A DNA stretch of 64,000 nt from Akkermansiaceae bacterium (GTDB lineage: Bacteria > Verrucomicrobiota > Verrucomicrobiia > Verrucomicrobiales > Akkermansiaceae). Position 1 is the stretch's first letter. The number at the start of each line of letters is the position of its first letter. The DNA lies in contig JBPOGF010000004.1 of assembly GCA_051251915.1 (NCBI GenBank), positions 1 to 64,000 on the forward strand, in the 5' to 3' direction. This document shows, piece by piece, positions 62,501-64,000 of this stretch. The translations under genes were made by a program, and so were the position numbers. The notes under the pieces were generated by a model. It did not search any database. It was not told the origin of the DNA and saw only the letters and a program-made list of their open reading frames with translations.

Positions 62501-62647
62501 CTGAGTAAGACGCTCTGTGGCGCGGTCTTCACGGAGGTCACTGGCGGTGATCTCTTGATTGAAAATAGGGGAGACTGAATAGTAGGGATCTGCGTCACCG
62601 TCTATGATTTTCTCTATTAGGATGGGTATGGAAAGTTGAGTCAGCAT
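59495..62647 (-). CDS. ClpA/ClpB-like AAA+ ATPase with C-terminal extension
   Basis: GPSQVGKT; 'GMSYVGQWEER'; GPTGVGKT; 'LFDEIEKAH'; 'FRPEFFNRLD'; 'YGARTLRR'. Confidence 0.88.
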   Translation of the reverse strand: MLTQLSIPILIEKIIDGDADPYYSVSPIFNQEITASDLREDRATERLTQNLRGYIAALVKKQNHSELTTLSYSPELSRHLLKLELRLKKQTFRGKFFFVVFSALERRIAYCPKQPEVSFELLRGDQIQERATTILTKYYRKKEREEGKAQPEEIANAQNYNLSYIDIENNIQQKLDPNQGSQFFASLGSTEKLNGASELERIGRCINRLYPQQIKRAVMRETLVGEIASLFDQTQLLRPVVLIGPSQVGKTAIIHELIAKRHDERHKLDEQFWLLNPQRMVSGMSYVGQWEERFLAIITHITKKNHVAYFDDLLGLFQAGKSSSSDLSIGNLLKAQLEKNPPRIIAEATPEAWRKLKEIDRGFTDYFQIIPIREPSDDETQRILIRVMQMLETEKNCTFAPGVIPKIMQLQQRYVRSRSFPGKGADALMQLASQSTEITEKNAVDHFKAKSGISWRMIETNNNPDDTPILYFNQHIVGQQAAIDAMVNAITLTKSQLNDPSRPLASLLFLGPTGVGKTECAKALASYVFETEERLLRIDMNEYVGADAAARLIGTEARPHGILTSAIKRQPYTVVLFDEIEKAHPSVFDLLLQVLGEARLTDAAGQTADFSNTLIILTSNLGSAANASHMGFSSEQNQEQQDHIYTQAAEKFFRPEFFNRLDRIVPFHRLDRNHIQGLVQRLAQKALKRFGVTQRKLTLEIEPPVYEMLTDHGFDPEYGARTLRRAVENYLVQPLADALMKFKPSALSTLTVSLDQNNAPKITAQTFTARTREYIGFSDISPDHALTLLECSDDFMDRAEERLQLLGEQDGDFKSKLPYYELAEEINSLKTLQQRLQSQHEIALNPRFKTDIPPRFGTRSTRVRISPETQSNALEKISQMSNPSQWINELAETGEIQTYLAYSAENLINKINHIHFLLEQKNLNIETVILALDGPTWNQETYTTSFPDGKWTDKKKTNHYQFEALAGQKLMKYLVGIQLKAAQHIYQFQESTEQHRSEFIHRLQTFSHTLDLRTGLITDRNYNLWSLITPLLPTAPELTEISNLLLPNHG

Positions 62648-62650
62648 CGG

Positions 62651-64000
62651 TTAATCGAGCATGTTGTTAGTTTCCTTAAGCAGTGTGTCGTTGAGGAGTT
62701 TATCCAGTGTGGATATGGAGAAGGGGAGGATTCCTTTTTCTTCTAACCATGTATCACGGTAGCTGCCCTCGAAGAAAAATTCTCTACGAACGGCTATTTT
62801 CTTAAGATCTAGTTTAGCCTCCAGTTCTTCTACAGGAATGCGGAATTTCTTGAGCGAGCCACTGTGGGTGCTGATGTAGCAACGTTGTTTGTCTTTGTCT
62901 TCTGTATGGTAAACGTGGAGTCCGTGTTCATTGCGAAGTAGGAGTTCTGCTTCTGTGTGCTGGACGTGGAGAGCTATTCCTTTGAGGGGTTTGAGCTTTC
63001 GAGTGCCGACTTTATCACTGAGCATTTCTGCAAATTCTTCTAGGCTTACAATTTCCGGGGTGATGAATTCATGTTCGTTGCCATCTTCATCTAGGTCTTT
63101 TACTTTGAGTTCTTTGGTAGGTTTTCTGTAGATGAGTCCTAGCTTACATTTGAAATTTTTACCTGTTAGCAGTGTGGTGTATGTTTGCTGTAACTTGGTC
63201 ATCCACTCGAGTGAATCTACTTGCATGTAGAGGATGATTTCATCATCGAGATTGGAATAGACACTGTAGATCTCTGTGATGAGACGGAGTGCGTCATGTC
63301 TGGTAAATGGGCTGTGTTTCTGCTGGGCGTCCAGATCAGAGTTTTGGAAGGATTTTACGAGTAAGTCTTCTTCCCATTGGGTTGTTTTAGTGAGGGCTTG
63401 AGTTACTTCGTTGAGGCTTGTGGTGAGTGATTCCTTGCGAGGGGTGTTCTCTGGATCAAATTCTGTGAAGACGCTGTCTAGTGATTGCTTCCTACGCTTT
63501 TGTTGTTTGAGCTTTTTAGCCTTTAGTTGATTCATCCTGCGTTCGAGTCTAGCTAGCTCGCTTTTTAGCTCACGTAGCATGGAGCTGTGGTTTAGCTTGT
63601 AGATGAGACGTCTTACTTTAGCGGCTTCGTTTAGTTGTGGATAGCTGTAGGTTTTTTTACTGGAGTGGTGAGGTTCGTATGAGACTAGCGCTTGAGCTTG
63701 GTTCTGTTCATCAGCTGAGACGTTGATGGTGCCATTTTGCTTGGTGTTGTTGATGATGAATTCAGCAACGGGGAGAAGAATGTGTGTCTCGATAGCTCGC
63801 TTGAGTGGACGTGCGCCGTAGCGGGGGTCGTGGCTGTTACGGATGACTTGGTCTAGATATTCAGGGTCTACTTGGATGTCTAGACCTTGGTGGTGGAGAC
63901 CATCTCGCTTGGATGCTAGCTGGAGCTCGCGCTGGGCTATTTTTCTAACGGAATCTAGGCTGAGAGCCTGGAAGGGGACGATGCGGTCGATGCGATTGAA
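62651..64000 (-). CDS. third ClpA/ClpB-like AAA+ ATPase, 5' end outside the window
   Basis: The frame of ORF 62651..63580 stays open to 64000 and reads FNRIDRIVPFQAL...DPRYGARPLKRAIE (Clp D2 small domain). Confidence 0.85.
   Translation of the reverse strand, partial: FNRIDRIVPFQALSLDSVRKIAQRELQLASKRDGLHHQGLDIQVDPEYLDQVIRNSHDPRYGARPLKRAIETHILLPVAEFIINNTKQNGTINVSADEQNQAQALVSYEPHHSSKKTYSYPQLNEAAKVRRLIYKLNHSSMLRELKSELARLERRMNQLKAKKLKQQKRRKQSLDSVFTEFDPENTPRKESLTTSLNEVTQALTKTTQWEEDLLVKSFQNSDLDAQQKHSPFTRHDALRLITEIYSVYSNLDDEIILYMQVDSLEWMTKLQQTYTTLLTGKNFKCKLGLIYRKPTKELKVKDLDEDGNEHEFITPEIVSLEEFAEMLSDKVGTRKLKPLKGIALHVQHTEAELLLRNEHGLHVYHTEDKDKQRCYISTHSGSLKKFRIPVEELEAKLDLKKIAVRREFFFEGSYRDTWLEEKGILPFSISTLDKLLNDTLLKETNNMLD

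Noticed and set aside
62651..63580. Stand-alone 309-aa protein
   Set aside because: The frame is open to the window edge and contains Clp D2 motifs upstream, so it is the C-terminus of a larger gene.

Overview
A 64 kb bacterial chromosomal window, most likely from the Verrucomicrobiota/PVC group (two PEP-CTERM proteins, a PVC-type CxxCH dehydrogenase-like protein, GYF_2/DUF4328 proteins, a short ATP synthase delta). The first ~3.6 kb is a decaying integron-type gene-cassette array with attC-like sites, no integrase in the window, and a group II intron 3' remnant. It is followed by a sugar-catabolism cluster, housekeeping genes (fabF, pdxA, ppk2, secG, rmuC, ilvD, leuS, argH, the atpBEFHAGDC operon), a cobalamin riboswitch controlling a BtuB-like receptor, a Fic gene with an operator array, and three tandem divergent ClpA/ClpB-like AAA+ genes at the right end. 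The standout observation is a gene the ORF track breaks up: 37101..37724 is one 207-codon frame encoding a lipoprotein with two HMA-like domains. Each domain has an in-frame UGA at the metal-binding Cys position, followed by a similar SECIS-like hairpin, so it is a candidate double-selenocysteine surface metal-binding protein. All family assignments come from motifs recognised by eye; no database searches were run.
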